A stretch of 64,000 nt of DNA from Octopus sinensis (Eukaryota). Below, piece by piece: positions 11,891-25,905 of this stretch. Location: positions 18,600,001-18,664,000 of the forward strand of contig NC_043020.1 in the NCBI RefSeq assembly GCF_006345805.1. Direction: 5' to 3'. The notes under the pieces were generated by a model that worked only from the letters and a program-made list of their open reading frames with translations, was not told the DNA's origin and did no database searches. Position numbers and translations under genes: made by a program. Numbering within the stretch: the first letter of the stretch is position 1; every line of letters starts with the position of its first letter.

Positions 11891-13599
11891 TATGTGTGTG
11901 TATGTGTGTGTAATGATATGTATGCATGTATGTTTTTATACGTTTATATATACAATACGTACATTTTCACCATCCACATTTTGTAGTGAATAATGTCTTT
12001 TGATAATACTTATGTTACGCGTTAAATCATTTCAGATCTTGGTATTTACCCCGACTACTATGCTGAAATTATACCTGTCTCTGTGTCACATGCCCTTATT
12101 AGCACTACTGCTTCTGGACCCAAGGTTTTGCCAAATTACACCTCGTATTTGCCAAATTACACCACGTGGTATCGATTCTGATTAAATTAAAACATTCCCA
12201 ATCAAAAATAAAACTATTTTCCATTTACCAAAAAATGTCCTAGCTCAAAAAAAGACTGAGGACAAAATCCCACAAAGGACAACAGACAAACAATTACTAA
12301 ATCCTAATTTTTATTTTATTATTTGTAGTTTATGAACACTTCTCTGAGATGTAAAATATGACATTAACTATATAATAACAACTATATATAATGCAGCACG
12401 GATTTTTGTCAGTGAACAGGTCGTGGATTTTAGCGACGAATATATATAATAACCCCAATCACAAAAATGAGCATAATAAAAAGAACTGTATCTTTGAAAA
12501 ATTAAAACAAACACAATATTGAAAACCTCATTAAGTGTCGGGGTTCATTTAAAGCTCATTTTACTGCAACCTGATACTGTTGTCAACACCATTCAGAAAT
12601 TCTTCCATCATCTTTCTCTCATTCACATAGTCCAGAGGGCGGGGTGAGTGTAGGGGTTCTATACGAACCCCTTTATCACATGATTTGCAGAAATTCCATA
12701 CTCTGAGTTTTCTTAATTCTTTGAATACAATAAATGGATGCTATCTTACATTTGCTTACCTTATTTAACTCCAGCTCCTTCATATCTAATAAACGCAGTC
12801 ATAATTTTTCATACATTTATCTAACTCTAGTTGTTCTTTTTTTTTAATGTCTAACATCAATGTACACATATCCATGCTTAATGCGATAAACCAATTATAA
12901 TAGCAATTTTAGGAACCAAAAATTGTTTTATTTTTAACATACAGTGTTTAGCACACAAATCCCATCTTAAATCAGCACTTATAGCCTTTCATAAGTTACT
13001 TGTCTTCTATTTTCGATTGCTAAGTTTTTCTGCCTAAACGTCTTCAATTCATTTGCAGTTAACATAAATTCATTTCCCCCTCTTTCTTGAGGTACACACT
13101 GATTAGACTGCCATTACAGACATGCATTTCTCTTATGTATATTAAACATGCAAAGCGATATATAACGTATAAGTATTCACATCTGTAGCAAACGTTTTTA
13201 AAAAATATTTACTGAAGCATTTCTTCCTAAACGAAAATACTACACGTCCCTCAGTGAAGGCGCCTTGCAGTATAACAGATATATTGAAAGGTTGCTAGTT
13301 TTAATGAAATGATAGTAGATTAAAAGTGTGCTGTCTCCCAGCCGAGCTCTGTCGTTTCTCCTCCATTTTCTCTTTAATTTCTTTCCCTCTCTTTCTCCCC
13401 TTCTTTCTCTCTTTCTCTTTCTCATTCCCCTTCTGTCTTTCACACACATACATTCTTATTCATTTCCCCCAAACGACACTGTCCAAAGAATATATATTCA
13501 TACACTGCACTTATTAAAATGTCACGTTAAAAATAAGTTATCTTTGAAAAATTCCTTCCTTCTATGCCAGAGAATAGAAGAAAAGAAATTATTCTTTAA

Positions 13600-14000
13600 G
13601 CAACATTGGCAAACTTCTTCTTTTCTGCTTCTCCCTTGGCTATGTATACTTGTTGCCCACCCTCCCTTCTGGCTATCTGGTACAGTTCCTTTCTACTCCG
13701 TCTCTTCCAGGCTTCCCAGGCCTGTTTTTTGCTCTAATGGCCTTCTCTACTGTATTATTCTACCCCCGCATTATTCTAGGTCTGGAAGGGACTTTGCACC
13801 ATCTGCAGATTTGGTCTATGGCACTCAGTAAGCTGTCCTGAAGGAATTTCCAGCTACCCTCTATATCCGAAGCCTGTAGCTCCTCCTCTCTCTCATCAAA
13901 TTTCTTGATGAGGATGTCCCTAAATCTCTGAACATGTGACGAGTTATTTAGCTTCCAAATCATTCTTTTCTGGATTGGTCTATGTCTTGTCATCCTTTTG
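13600..14000 (-). mobile_element. RTE-like LINE fragment, endonuclease-RT linker
   Basis: RMIWKL....QRFRDILI...W.FLQDSLLSAIDQICRWCKVPSRPRI resembles mollusc RTE linker; stops downstream. Confidence 0.7.
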
Positions 14001-14019
14001 GCCTCAAGTATAAAGTCAC

Positions 14020-14220
14020 TAATGATTAGTCTATGCTAGGGTGGGAAGTACATTCTTCACCTGGGAGTGTCTTTATATTTAAGTTTACCCCCAGTCTAAA
14101 TTTTGGCGCCAATCCGACCCCATCTATCACCCCCTTAAACCGTTCCCATCCCAAAATGAGACAAATAACCAAGAAATCAAACAGCTTTTTCGCATTTCAG
14201 CTTTATAGATATTGATTGTT
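14020..14220. mobile_element. Non-autonomous Helitron/DINE-1-like repeat fragment
   Basis: aaattttggcgccaatccgacc...gctttatagatattgat resembles the 46.1-kb and 2.5-kb termini. Confidence 0.3.
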
Positions 14221-14310
14221 AAATTCGTTTACGTTTATAAGATATTTAAGGCGTATACTCTATGAATCGGACTATTCACCTTTATGTTTGAAATGATCCG
14301 GCGCCATTGT

Positions 14311-14460
14311 GTGGTTAGAAGCTTGCCCTCCAATCATATAGTCCTGCTTTCAGTTCCACTGCACAACACCTTGGACAAGTGACTTCTACTATAGACCCGT
14401 GAAAGTATTTGTTTGAGGGAAACTGAAAGAAGTCGCAGTATACACATGGTATATATATGG
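14311..14460 (+). mobile_element. SINE family B 5' fragment, old
   Basis: ttcagttccactgc, ggacaagtgacttctactatag, ggaaactgaaagaag. Confidence 0.65.
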
Positions 14461-14565
14461 ACGCCTCTGTGGAGAAACCAATAAGGCTCGAGAATCGATT
14501 AAGGTTGTTCATCATATTTTCAGTCTGCAGAGAAATGGCTAAAATTTTCCCTGTTTACAATTACC

Positions 14566-14621
<56 letters not shown>

Positions 14622-14778
14622 TACATACATATATATATGTGTGTATATATATGGGGGTGTATATGTATGTGTGTGTGCATCAATCTCTGTAAAATATGTC
14701 ATCATAACAACAGCCACCATCCTAATAAAATGTAGCTCAACATATCCACTACCACTACCACAGCACCTCCATCTAAAT

Positions 14779-15070
14779 CAGGAATTCCAACCATTTTTCA
14801 CCTATGGACCCCTTTGATTACTATTTTATTTTGTAGGAGCCCCATAGCCATTCGATATTTAAAAATTAGTTTTATAGAAACTTCTTTCAAATTTCCTATT
14901 TTGCTTTCCTGAACTATGTACAATGTAAAAGAAAGAAACCTAACTATTTCTTGCAATAAATAGCAATATATACATCTAAAGCAAAATTTTTTCAGGGGCC
15001 CTTAAAATATTATTGTGGATCCCCAGTTTACTATGTTGTTGTGTGGACCCCAAAAATCTTATATGGATCC
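14779..15070 (-). mobile_element. hAT-type MITE, decayed copy of 29214-29514
   Basis: Colinear with the reverse complement of the 29.2-kb element (caacccatttt, attactattttatt, aacttctttcaaa). Confidence 0.7.
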
Positions 15071-15113
15071 CACTAGTTCATTTTGCTATCACTACAAGCC
15101 CTTCACACACATA

Positions 15114-15148
<35 letters not shown>

Positions 15149-15635
15149 CCTCTCTCGCACACAAATACACATTCATACGCACAAATACACACACATACGC
15201 ACACACATACACCACATACATTGATACATAGAAACAATCAAACAACCGGTCAAACACACATACTTCCATTCTTCATCTTATACACACCATCCTCATCTTT
15301 CCCAACTGCTGCTGTCACCTCCAGCCCTGACAGTCTCCACTGAATAGCATCTCATCCGTCAACTGATTGTGTGTTCACCCATCTAAATATTGCCTGACAC
15401 ATTTCCGGCTTTCTTAAGAGCCATCCGGATGTAGAGAGCTTTTGCCTTTGCGGTTATTTTAACTGACTAGCTATGACCTCCTAATTAATGCATATAACTT
15501 TTTCATCCGTTGCAGCTATAAGATGCTGGTGTGCAGTTAACTTGCACTATCTGATGCAGAGATATATGAAGTATCGCATCAGACATTTTTTTCTCTTAAT
15601 AACATTTTTTTAACAGGGAAATTGATTTCATCATA

Positions 15636-15640
15636 ATCAC

Positions 15641-15704
<64 letters not shown>

Positions 15705-15706
15705 TT
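15636..15706. repeat. (ATT)n, tail or target of the adjacent LINE
   Basis: Direct inspection. Confidence 0.95.
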
Positions 15707-15709
15707 AAA

Positions 15710-17560
15710 ATAAAATATGGTCCGTTGTCTGCTTCTGGACCGGGGTCATCCCTTGACCCTAGAGTCACAGCAGGCCCTCATCTCATGGAGAGTACACGGC
15801 GTAAAATGTGTGCGGATTCTAGCAACACTATTTTCTGATGCTCACCTACGTTAATACTGCAAGGGAGTTTGTTGAGCTGCTTATCAAGGCCCTTTTTAAT
15901 TAGCCCTAACACTCCAATCACCACTGTGCTGTGCTGCTTTTCATTCCCCACAACTTGGTCGCTTCTATTTCGAGGTCTTTGTACTTAAATAACTACTCAA
16001 CTTCTTTAATAGACACATTTCTCTCTGATGGTACTGTCACATCTATCATTAAGCATTTCTTATTCTTTATATCTTCGATGATTATGTCCGGCCTGTTTGC
16101 CTTGATTCTGGTCACAGCTTCAGATCTATGCTGGCACCATCTTTCTGAAGTTGGAAGCTGGTAGTGTTTACATATCTCCCAATGGATATATTGCGCTACT
16201 CTAAGATGTCTATGAATATATTCGGTTTTTGCAAGTGCTGTGCATCCAGTTAAGATGTGGTCCACTGTTTCATCCTGCTCATTTCGGGTCAGTGCCATCG
16301 TTCTTTATTTTGTTGTGGTAAGCCCTGGTTACCAAGCTTTGATCTTGTGCTGCTATGATAAAACCTTCGATTTCAACCTTCATTTCTGAGCTCTTCATCC
16401 ATACATGAGTGTCTCGTTTTTCTACATCTGGTTTCTTCACTCTACATGTGTATCGGCCATTTATCGTTTTTTCTAGCCATTCTTCTTTGCTCTTCTTCTG
16501 GGCTTGTTTTTTCATCTCTTCCTTAACTCTTTTAACAAACTGGGTTACTTTCTCACTCGCCTTCATCCTAGGTTCCTCCGTCATCAGTTGTTTCTTAAAC
16601 TGTACAGATTCTTTGTATACCGAGTATAGTTTCTTTACTTTATCATGCTGGTGCACAAGCTTCATTAGAGGATATTTTAACAGCTCAAATTATATATTTA
16701 ATCCTACAGTAGTGGTTTTGTAAGATAATTCTAATTGAGTTAATCCTCTGCCTCCCATGCTTCTCGGTAAATAAATCCTGTTCACGTCCGCTTTTGGGTG
16801 GTTCATTCGAGCCATGGTTAGTAGTTTTCTGGTCATGGAGTCTAGCTTCTTTATTTCGCTCATTTGCCAGTTTATTATGTTGAAACTAAGCTACGATTGG
16901 TACAGCAAGAGTGTTAATGGCTTCTATTTTGTTGGCAGCATTGAGTTCAGTTTTTGTTACTAACCGTACTCTCCTATAGTACTCTTTTCTAATCTTCTCT
17001 TTCATTGCTGAATGTTTTATGCCGTTACTTTCGTCTATGCCAAGGTATTTATATGCTTCTTCTTGGTCCAGTACTTCTGTATCTACGTGGATATCCGCAG
17101 AACATGCCAGTTTGCCTCTTATGAAAGTGGCTTTCGCGCATTTCTCCAGTCCAAACTGCATCACTGAACTTTTTAACCGTAGCAAGTAGACTTTCTTGTT
17201 GTTCGTCATTTTTTGAGTACATTTTCAGATCATCCATGTAGAACAGATGACCCTTTTTTTCTTCTTGATCTCATATCCATACCCGGTTTTGTTGAGCATG
17301 GTACTTAATGATGCCAGTGCCAAGCAGAACACTAAGGGTGACATCGAGTCCCCTTGGGAGAGACCACTTTTGATTTTGACTGGTCTGCTTGTTATTGATC
17401 CACTGGAATGGTTCAGTGTCAACGTAGTTTCCCAAGTATTCATGCTGTGTTCATAAACTTGATGAGAGTTGGGGATACTTTGTATACTTCCATCACTTTC
17501 AAAATCCATGAGTGACGTACACTACCGAACGCCTTTTTATAGTTGATCTATAATATGCTC
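15710..17560 (-). mobile_element. R4/Dong-like non-LTR retrotransposon (RT + CCHC + restriction-like endonuclease), 5'-truncated, pseudogenised
   Basis: KKAF, GLSQGDSMSPLVFCLAL, YMDD (17229-17240), FGLEKCAK, IIAAQDQ, ETVDHILTGC, RPDIII.D.....MIDVTVP, AHILRRVLSM*; bounded by (TAA)n tracts. Confidence 0.9.
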
Positions 17561-17584
17561 AGGTTGCGTTTCCTGGTTTTGCAA

Positions 17585-17617
17585 TCATCATTATCATCAT
17601 CACCATCATCATCATCA

Positions 17618-17662
<45 letters not shown>

Positions 17663-17740
17663 TATTATTATTACTATTATTATTATTATTATTATTATCA
17701 TTGTTATTGTTATTATTATTATTGTTATTGTTATTATTAT
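17585..17740. repeat. (ATC)n/(ATT)n compound microsatellite
   Basis: Direct inspection. Confidence 0.95.
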
Positions 17741-17742
17741 TC

Positions 17743-17958
17743 AAGGTAGCGAACTGGCAGAATCGTTAGAACGAAGGGCGAAATCCTTAGTGGTATTTCG
17801 TCTGTCGATACGTTCTGAGTTCAAATTCCACCGAGGTCGACTTTCCCTTTCATCCTTTCGGGGTCGACAAATTAAGTACCAGTTGAGTTCTGGGGTCGAT
17901 GTAATTGACTATCCACCTCCCCCAAATTTCAGGCCTTTGTGCCTACAGTTGAAAGGAT
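17743..17958 (+). mobile_element. SINE family A (tRNA-derived head, (ATT)n tail), full length
   Basis: A-box-like tggcagaatcgttag, B-box gagttcaaattcc, ends aaaggattattatt. Confidence 0.88.
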
Positions 17959-17969
17959 TATTATTATTA

Positions 17970-18004
<35 letters not shown>

Positions 18005-18095
18005 GTAGTAGTAGTAGTAGTAGCAGTAGTAGTAGTAGTATAGTAGTAGTAGTAGTAGTAGTAGTAGTAGCAGTAGTAGTAGTAGTAGTAGTAGT
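17959..18095. repeat. (ATT)n/(AGT)n compound microsatellite
   Basis: Direct inspection. Confidence 0.95.
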
Positions 18096-20082
18096 GACTC
18101 TCTCTGTTCTGAGTCCAAGTCCTACTGAGATGAACATTGTTTTTCAACCCTCAGCAGTCTATGAAATGTGGTAACAGATTGCATCAGTACCAGTAATAAA
18201 CTGGATACACTCGACTAACACTTGTTGGTGTTATGAGTAAATCATAGACCATCATCATCAACAACATCGACATTATCATCAACGTTTCGGAATTTTGTGC
18301 TCGCGTGGTTTACAAAGCCATTTCCTCATGTATATTTGTACAGACTCTTTTGTAAGTGTTTTCGTTGTTTATGTAATTTAATATCAGCTTATCCCTGATC
18401 GAGAATACCTATGGTCAAAGGCGTTCTGGCCGCTACCGTCCTGTTTCTTTCATTTGTGCCCAAGGAACACGGGACCATACTATCTAACATATTCTTTTGT
18501 TAGACGGTGTGATGTGAGCGAGATTTGACAGCTATTTTAAACAGGTCAACCAATCATATACTGCCTACATCTGTTGATTTGTTTGTCTGTTATTCTATAA
18601 ATCTGGCCAAATTTCCAGTGTATGGAAATTTCCAATTTTATCATAGTCATTGTTTAAGACTTGGGTTGTTGAAAACAATTTGATCGATTTGGCCTCCACA
18701 ATTCCCTCAAATTCTGCACTTATGGCTTCATTATATGTTTTTGTTTTTGATAGGTTTTTGTTGTAAGGCTTTTGTTTTGAGTCGCGATCAAAAACACATC
18801 AGTCTAGGATGTTAGTCGTATTTGTCATGTGAACACGTAAAACAGGTTTTCATTATATTTTTCTCAGATGTTTATAAAAATAATTGTTTCTTTGACCATT
18901 CTAATATAGGTGTGTTTTCGATGAAACGTTTGCATTAATATATATCCTCTCTAAACGGCTTCAGGTGTTGTTTCTTAGCTAGTCCGTTTATTGAGTCTGG
19001 AACATTTCTTTTTCCAACTGGGCATGCTTTTTTCTTAATCCACTCGCCTATTATCCTTAAGCAGTTCTCTTTATTTGTCAAAACTTTGTGTCAACAACAC
19101 TTCAAAGATACGGAAAGAAAACCGAAAAGCAGACCTTATTATACACTTGTCTAAAACAAACAAACAAAGAAAAAATACTGACAATTGTCAGTACAGATCC
19201 GACATACAAAAAATTATGTAGACAAATGCTTAAGTACTTTAAAATGACAACACAATTATCTACCGGGACAATAAACCAGTTTTTAGAACAGCAGATTTTC
19301 GTTGCGTTCATATTTTCTAAAACTGTTTGTACTAATTTCTCCGTATTTATTACGAGATATTTTTTGCAATGCATTTCTTTTTATCATTCTCGAGCTACCT
19401 AATATAATGGGGATTGTTTCTGTTTTCAATCACCATGTAACTCTATTTCCATATTTCTTTTTTAGACATATTGTAGATAATCTATAATAGTCTTATAGTT
19501 GCAGAGGACTTCTATGACCTCTGCTTATGTTGTAAATATAACTTTCAGCTTGTATAACTTTAAGATGGTTTAGTTCTAAAACAGACATCATGTTCTTTGT
19601 TTTCTATATATTCTTACAAATTTATTTAACTTTCAATAAAGAAAATCATAACTTATTACGCGAATTACCTGAGTTAACACTTATTACGTTGCTTTTAGCA
19701 TTCAGCTTAGCTTTAAATATTAATTTACCTTGGACAATCCCAAATCTTCTTAACGATGTACAGGAAGGAGTAATTTATTGTTCCTGAATGGCTCAAAACT
19801 AATTTCCCGTTGTAATAGTCTAAAAGCAAACTGAAGAAATAACTGGGTTTCGTGTTAAGACTACCCTTCTTTTAGTGTGAATATTGGATGTTTTGAATTA
19901 TTTTTATCGTCCAAGAAGTTTTGAATATATTTCCGCTCATTGTAATATGACTGCTTTTTTGTCTGATTTTTTACTTTAGAATGTTTCGTATTTAGTGCCT
20001 TTCTGAAAAATTATAAACACGTTATGTTTAAAAGTTTTTGTTAATGTTGTTGTTGGCGTTATTGCTTTTGCTGTTGTTGATG

Positions 20083-20247
<165 letters not shown>

Positions 20248-20650
20248 GAGTGAGAGAGTAGCGCATGCTATGAAAGTGACAATGGGGTAAAATATATGAA
20301 GCCCAGTATACTCATCAGGACAACCCGTCTGATAAGGGTACACCAGGTACATGCACCAGAACCGTACGTGCACGACTATTTGACCTTATATCAAAATGAA
20401 CCGCGCATGACCTTGCAGGTGGGGCCCAGATAGAATTTTCTTCGGGTGGAGTAGCTCGTCCCGCACAAAATGTCCCTGAATAAAGGTTGTTTAAGGATGT
20501 TCAACGAAACACCCATGTTTCCAGAGGTGAATTATCCAAACCCCAAAGAATCCCTCTCAACGCATGGCTATGATGCTCCCCCACTACTTCTGCTCGTGAT
20601 CAGAGATGCACATATCGTCAGCCACCAAGGGATATGCTCAACTGATTAAC
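20248..20650 (-). mobile_element. SINE-like family C with (AAT)n tail
   Basis: Reverse complement matches 31020-31218 (cacctgcaagg...gtgcctggtgtacc...ctctctcactcaataataat). Confidence 0.75.
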
Positions 20651-20677
20651 GTCTATTGTCATCATTATTATTATTAT

Positions 20678-20886
20678 GAAGACGGTGAGCTGACAGAATC
20701 GTTTCACCGTCAGGCCAAATGTTTAGTGGCATTTCGTCTATCTTTATGTTCTAAGTTCAAATTCTGTTGAAGTCGACTTTGCCTTTCATCCTTACGGGGT
20801 CGGTAAACAGTTAAGCACTGGTGTCGATATAATCGACTTCCCGGCGCCTCAGAATTGCTAATCTGGCGTCAAAATATGAAAGTATT
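20678..20886 (+). mobile_element. SINE family A copy
   Basis: Colinear with 17743-17958. Confidence 0.8.
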
Positions 20887-21127
20887 ATAATTGTTTTTGT
20901 TGTTGTTGCTGTGGTTCCCGTTCAGAGATGGCTTTGTGGAGAACTCGGAGGGTCTGTAGACATTTTTGAACTAAACGAAAAAAATAAAAACATAAATGTG
21001 TATGTATGTATGTGTATATGTGTATATATGTATATATGTTTGTAGGAATGTGTATATATTTACATATATGTGCTTATATATGAATGTAAGTATATATACA
21101 TACATACATGCATATATATATATATAT

Positions 21128-21161
<34 letters not shown>

Positions 21162-22081
21162 ATATATATATATTTGTAAATATTCGATTACGTGTGTAAT
21201 AAGTCGTCTTCTTTTTCGTCTGGCTTATACGCCTCCAAGAATATTAAGGTCTTCAAATACTTTGTAATCACGAGCATGAATTGTTTAAAAAATATTACTT
21301 TGGCAAACACGACAAGCAAACAAACAAACGAAGACAGACATTTTTCATTGCACTGGCAGACAATGAATAAATATGTAAATAATTCAAAACACGTCAACCC
21401 ATAATGAAAATAGCAAAAATGATAACATGTTGCCCCCGCAAATGTAATTCAGAAAAAGAAAAAACTTGGGGACAGTTATGTCACGGAATCTTTTACCTCA
21501 ATTACCTGAGGACTTTGTCGATGAAAAGGGGTAAGGAGCGCGGCATGCTACTGCTTAACAAAAGGTGGTGGTGCTTTCAATATGCTTTCAAAGGAGCAGT
21601 TGAAAGAAGCTTTGGCTGATAATTGAAATATTGATTTCTTTCTTCCTAGAAAGTACAGAAGTCATGCCTAGTCATCAAATCTGAAAAAGTGATGCCTCTT
21701 GTACCTATCTAGAATTAGTGATACTTATAATTATTTTATAATTATCTATTTTTAATGTGTCTTTGTCGTTATTGTTAATCTCACACTTTTACTTAAGGTA
21801 AAATTGTTTTTTGCTTTTGTTTTTGTGTATTTCGTTTATATTCCTTTATATTCCGCCATTTCATTATTCTGAGTGTCAAATCATTTACAGACAATAACAG
21901 AAATGACCAGTTAATAACAAGACTTGCCTCCAAACTCTTTGATTATTTTCTTTCTTTTATTTGAAAAGGGAAATTTTTCCCGAAATGTTATGCGATTGTT
22001 AAACAACTTATCTTTCTCCTTATTTTCATTCCCTGACATCACCATACATATTTTGCTTAAATCCTCGGCTGCAATGTTCAA

Positions 22082-22360
<279 letters not shown>

Positions 22361-22699
22361 AATTCCCTTTATTTGCCACGGGATCATCAGATAAGATGTA
22401 CATTACAAGGGTAGTTTATATATTTTGAGTGAAGGTTTGCATAAAACTTGAGGCGCTTTGAAATGGAGAGAAAGGCGACGTAAATGATGTTCTAGATTCG
22501 ACTATAGACCATAGCAGACACAATATTTTTTCCTATTCGCCATACCATATATGTCATCAATCAAGTTCCTATTATAATCTACATAATGCCAATGGGAAAC
22601 AGGTTCGTCAAATAAAAACAGGGATAACCCTGGTAGGACTTCACAAAGGACAATCGGTAGCGCAGAAGACACACGGTACAAGAATACAAGTCATGTGCA

Positions 22700-22920
22700 G
22701 ATTCTCCTTACTGGTTTCAACTTTTGCCACAAGGCCAGCAAGTTCGAAGAAGGTGGCAAGTCGATGACATCAACCCCAGTGCTCAACTGATACTTATTTT
22801 ATCAACCCCTGAAAGTATGAAAGGCAAAGTCGGTGTAATTTGAACCCAGAACGTAAGGACGGACAAAATACCGCTGAGCATTTCGTCCGGTGACTTACGA
22901 TTCTGTCAGCTCGCCATCTT
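22700..22920 (-). mobile_element. SINE family A copy
   Basis: Reverse complement colinear with 17743-17958. Confidence 0.8.
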
Positions 22921-23047
22921 ATTTATAGTCATTTTATCACGCATACATACATACTTCCACATCCATATATAAGCAAACTTTATGTTAGAATCCTGTATAA
23001 TATAGATATGTGTATGCGCGCGCGTGTGCGTGTGTGTGTGTGTGAGT

Positions 23048-23084
<37 letters not shown>

Positions 23085-23107
23085 AGAAACATACATAACT
23101 ATATACG

Positions 23108-23141
<34 letters not shown>

Positions 23142-23453
23142 TGTATGTATGTACGTTTGTACTTTTATTATATTTCGCTTTACACATCTGCACAGAAAAT
23201 TTTTCAAATTTTATGTAGACATGGGAACGTATACATACATACATACATACATACATATCACGTATGTGTGTGTGTATAAACATGTCTACCCAAATCAATA
23301 TGCATGCAAACTTAAATTAATGTTTGCTACGTCACTCTGTAGTATGTGTTTATGTGTAGTTATACGAACGTCTCTCCTCCCCGTCTTACTCTCTCTCCCT
23401 CTCCCCCTCTCTCTCTCTTTCTCTACATAGCTATTCCTCATATACATATGTGT

Positions 23454-23496
<43 letters not shown>

Positions 23497-23615
23497 TGAG
23501 CGCATGTGTGGCTATGTATATATACATGTTACGGGAAGCCTTGATGTGATTTGCGATTATGAATAGATTTAGTTTTGTCCAAGAAGATTACCTGAGAGGA
23601 TTATTGTGGACATAT

Positions 23616-23676
<61 letters not shown>

Positions 23677-23812
23677 TACACAAACACACACATGCGGATA
23701 CACGCACATATTCAGACATTTTATACACACACGCGCACAAAATCAGTCCTGTGTGTATATACGTATACATAAATATATAACTTTGCATCATTGAATATAT
23801 ACATACCTACCC

Positions 23813-23852
<40 letters not shown>

Positions 23853-24048
23853 TGTGTGTGTGTGTGTTATGTATCAATATAACATACTTATACACAAAAT
23901 GACTGCATTACATATATGCAAATATCTACGTACGCTGAAACAAAGACACACATATAAACACTACAAGTAGACAATATAAGAACTCGCAATATCTACGCAT
24001 GTATACGTACGTATGTGTGTGTGTATACATGTATGTATGTATTCATAC

Positions 24049-24100
<52 letters not shown>

Positions 24101-24282
24101 TTAGTTTAATACATATATGTATACATGAATATGCACATACACGCATCATAAAGGTAAGTAGGATCTATCTATTTATGTGTGTGTGTGTGTGGGGGGGGAA
24201 TGTTTGGCCAGTGTGAATATTTGTGTATATTTGCTCACATGCTTCATGTGTATGTGTATATATATATATATACACATACATA

Positions 24283-24356
<74 letters not shown>

Positions 24357-24806
24357 CATACATATGTATGTATATATGCTACTTTGGGATTTATCTAAAA
24401 TTCATTTCCTTGCAGAATTGAAGCCGGTCGCTAACAAAGTGGCAAAGCTCTTTTCTTTAAGTCAAGGCACTTCTTGGGGTTTAAGGTTACCTGAATAGGT
24501 TCGGTTCCTAGGTGCATATGCGTATGCATGCTGTACATATACGTGTATGAGCGTGGATAAGCTTCCTCTGGTTAGTGTGCATGTCATGCAGAACACATGT
24601 GTGTATATTTTATTACTGTTTATGGTTGTGTGGGATGAAGCTTGTTTCCCAACCTCATGGTTCCGGGTTCAATCCCACTGCATGACACTTTCAGTATTCT
24701 CTTAATTGCAGGTATGTTTCCATGTATAATTTACTTGTGTATTCGTTGATGTGTATGCATATCTTTATTTGCTTAATATTAATTTTAGCGAGAAACATTT
24801 TCCACT

Positions 24807-24864
<58 letters not shown>

Positions 24865-24871
24865 ACAACCA

Positions 24872-24906
<35 letters not shown>

Positions 24907-25030
24907 TGTATAGAGGGCATTATTACACATAAATGCCTCACACTAGGAGGGACAAAGTCATTACTACCAAAATTATACTAATCATACCCAAATGCAGTTT
25001 TTCAAAGCAAGACATTTAAAAAATGAATTT

Positions 25031-25088
25031 AGTTCTGTATCACCGTGATTTCACATTCAACTTACGTCTAATGATCATCAACAGAACT
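25031..25088 (-). ncRNA. Inverted copy of the type I hammerhead (core TTGATGA, C3 to U)
   Basis: Reverse complement identical to 25482-25539 except for the first core base. Confidence 0.6.
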
Positions 25089-25481
25089 GATTCTGAACAC
25101 AGTATAATTTAGTATAATTTTGGTAGTAATGACTTTGTCCCTCCTAGTGTGAGGCATTTATGTGTAATAATGCCCTCTATACAATATAGATATAATTAAT
25201 TTGTTCAAAAGAAAAAAATTATTTTCGAATTCTTTTCTTTTATGAGGTTTTCACGCTAGCTACCCGATAATTTCTTGTTAAGATCCCTTATTAAGAGATT
25301 ATCCTTAATTGTTAAACTTATTCCGAAATACTTTTCATTACCCGACATGCAGTTCGTAAAAAGCCCGCCATTTACCGGATATATGATTTATAAACATTCC
25401 ATGTGCTTGGCCGGAGTGAGCAGTTGTCTGTTCGTCTTCGCTACGTAAGGTTGGTAGTTTATTTATGATGTGTTCAGAATC

Positions 25482-25539
25482 AGTTCTGCTGATGATCATT
25501 AGACGTAAGTTGAATGTGAAATCACGGTGATACAGAACT
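25482..25539 (+). ncRNA. Type I hammerhead ribozyme
   Basis: AGTTCTG-CTGATGA-TCATT..AATGT-GAAA-TCAC-G-GTGAT-A-CAGAACT: 7-bp stem I, intact core, stem II CATT/AATG with T.T closing mismatch, near-palindromic stem III, AUA cleavage triplet. Confidence 0.75.
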
Positions 25540-25794
25540 AAATTCATTTTTTAAATGTCTTGCTTTGAAAAACTGCATTTGGGTATGATTAGTATAATTT
25601 TTGTAGTAATGACTTTGTCCCTCCTAGTGTGAGGCATTTATGTGTAATAATGCCCTCTATACAATATAGATATAATTAATTTGTTCAAAAGAAAAAAATT
25701 ATTTTCGAATTCTTTTCTTTTATGAGGTTTTCACGCTAGCTACCCGATAATTTCTTGTTAAGATCCCTTATTAAGAGATTATCCTTAATTGTTA

Positions 25795-25829
<35 letters not shown>

Positions 25830-25905
25830 CGATATTTAAATATCGATATTATCAAGTAGCCAGCATGGGAATTAAAAACCTTACAAAGGTAATAATTATT
25901 TAAAT

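Larger units (their letters stand above)
24902..25798 (+). mobile_element. Non-autonomous hammerhead-bearing PLE-type (retrozyme-like) element with inverted 5' arm and 480-bp partial tandem
   Basis: 24902-25100 is the reverse complement of 25470-25668; 25111-25318 repeats at 25591-25798; (TA)n on both sides; no ORF. Confidence 0.75.

Noticed and set aside
18700-19900. Possible degraded RLE-type LINE or PLE remnant
   Set aside because: Only faint motif resemblance (KADLIIH...) with many stops; cannot be classified without a profile search.
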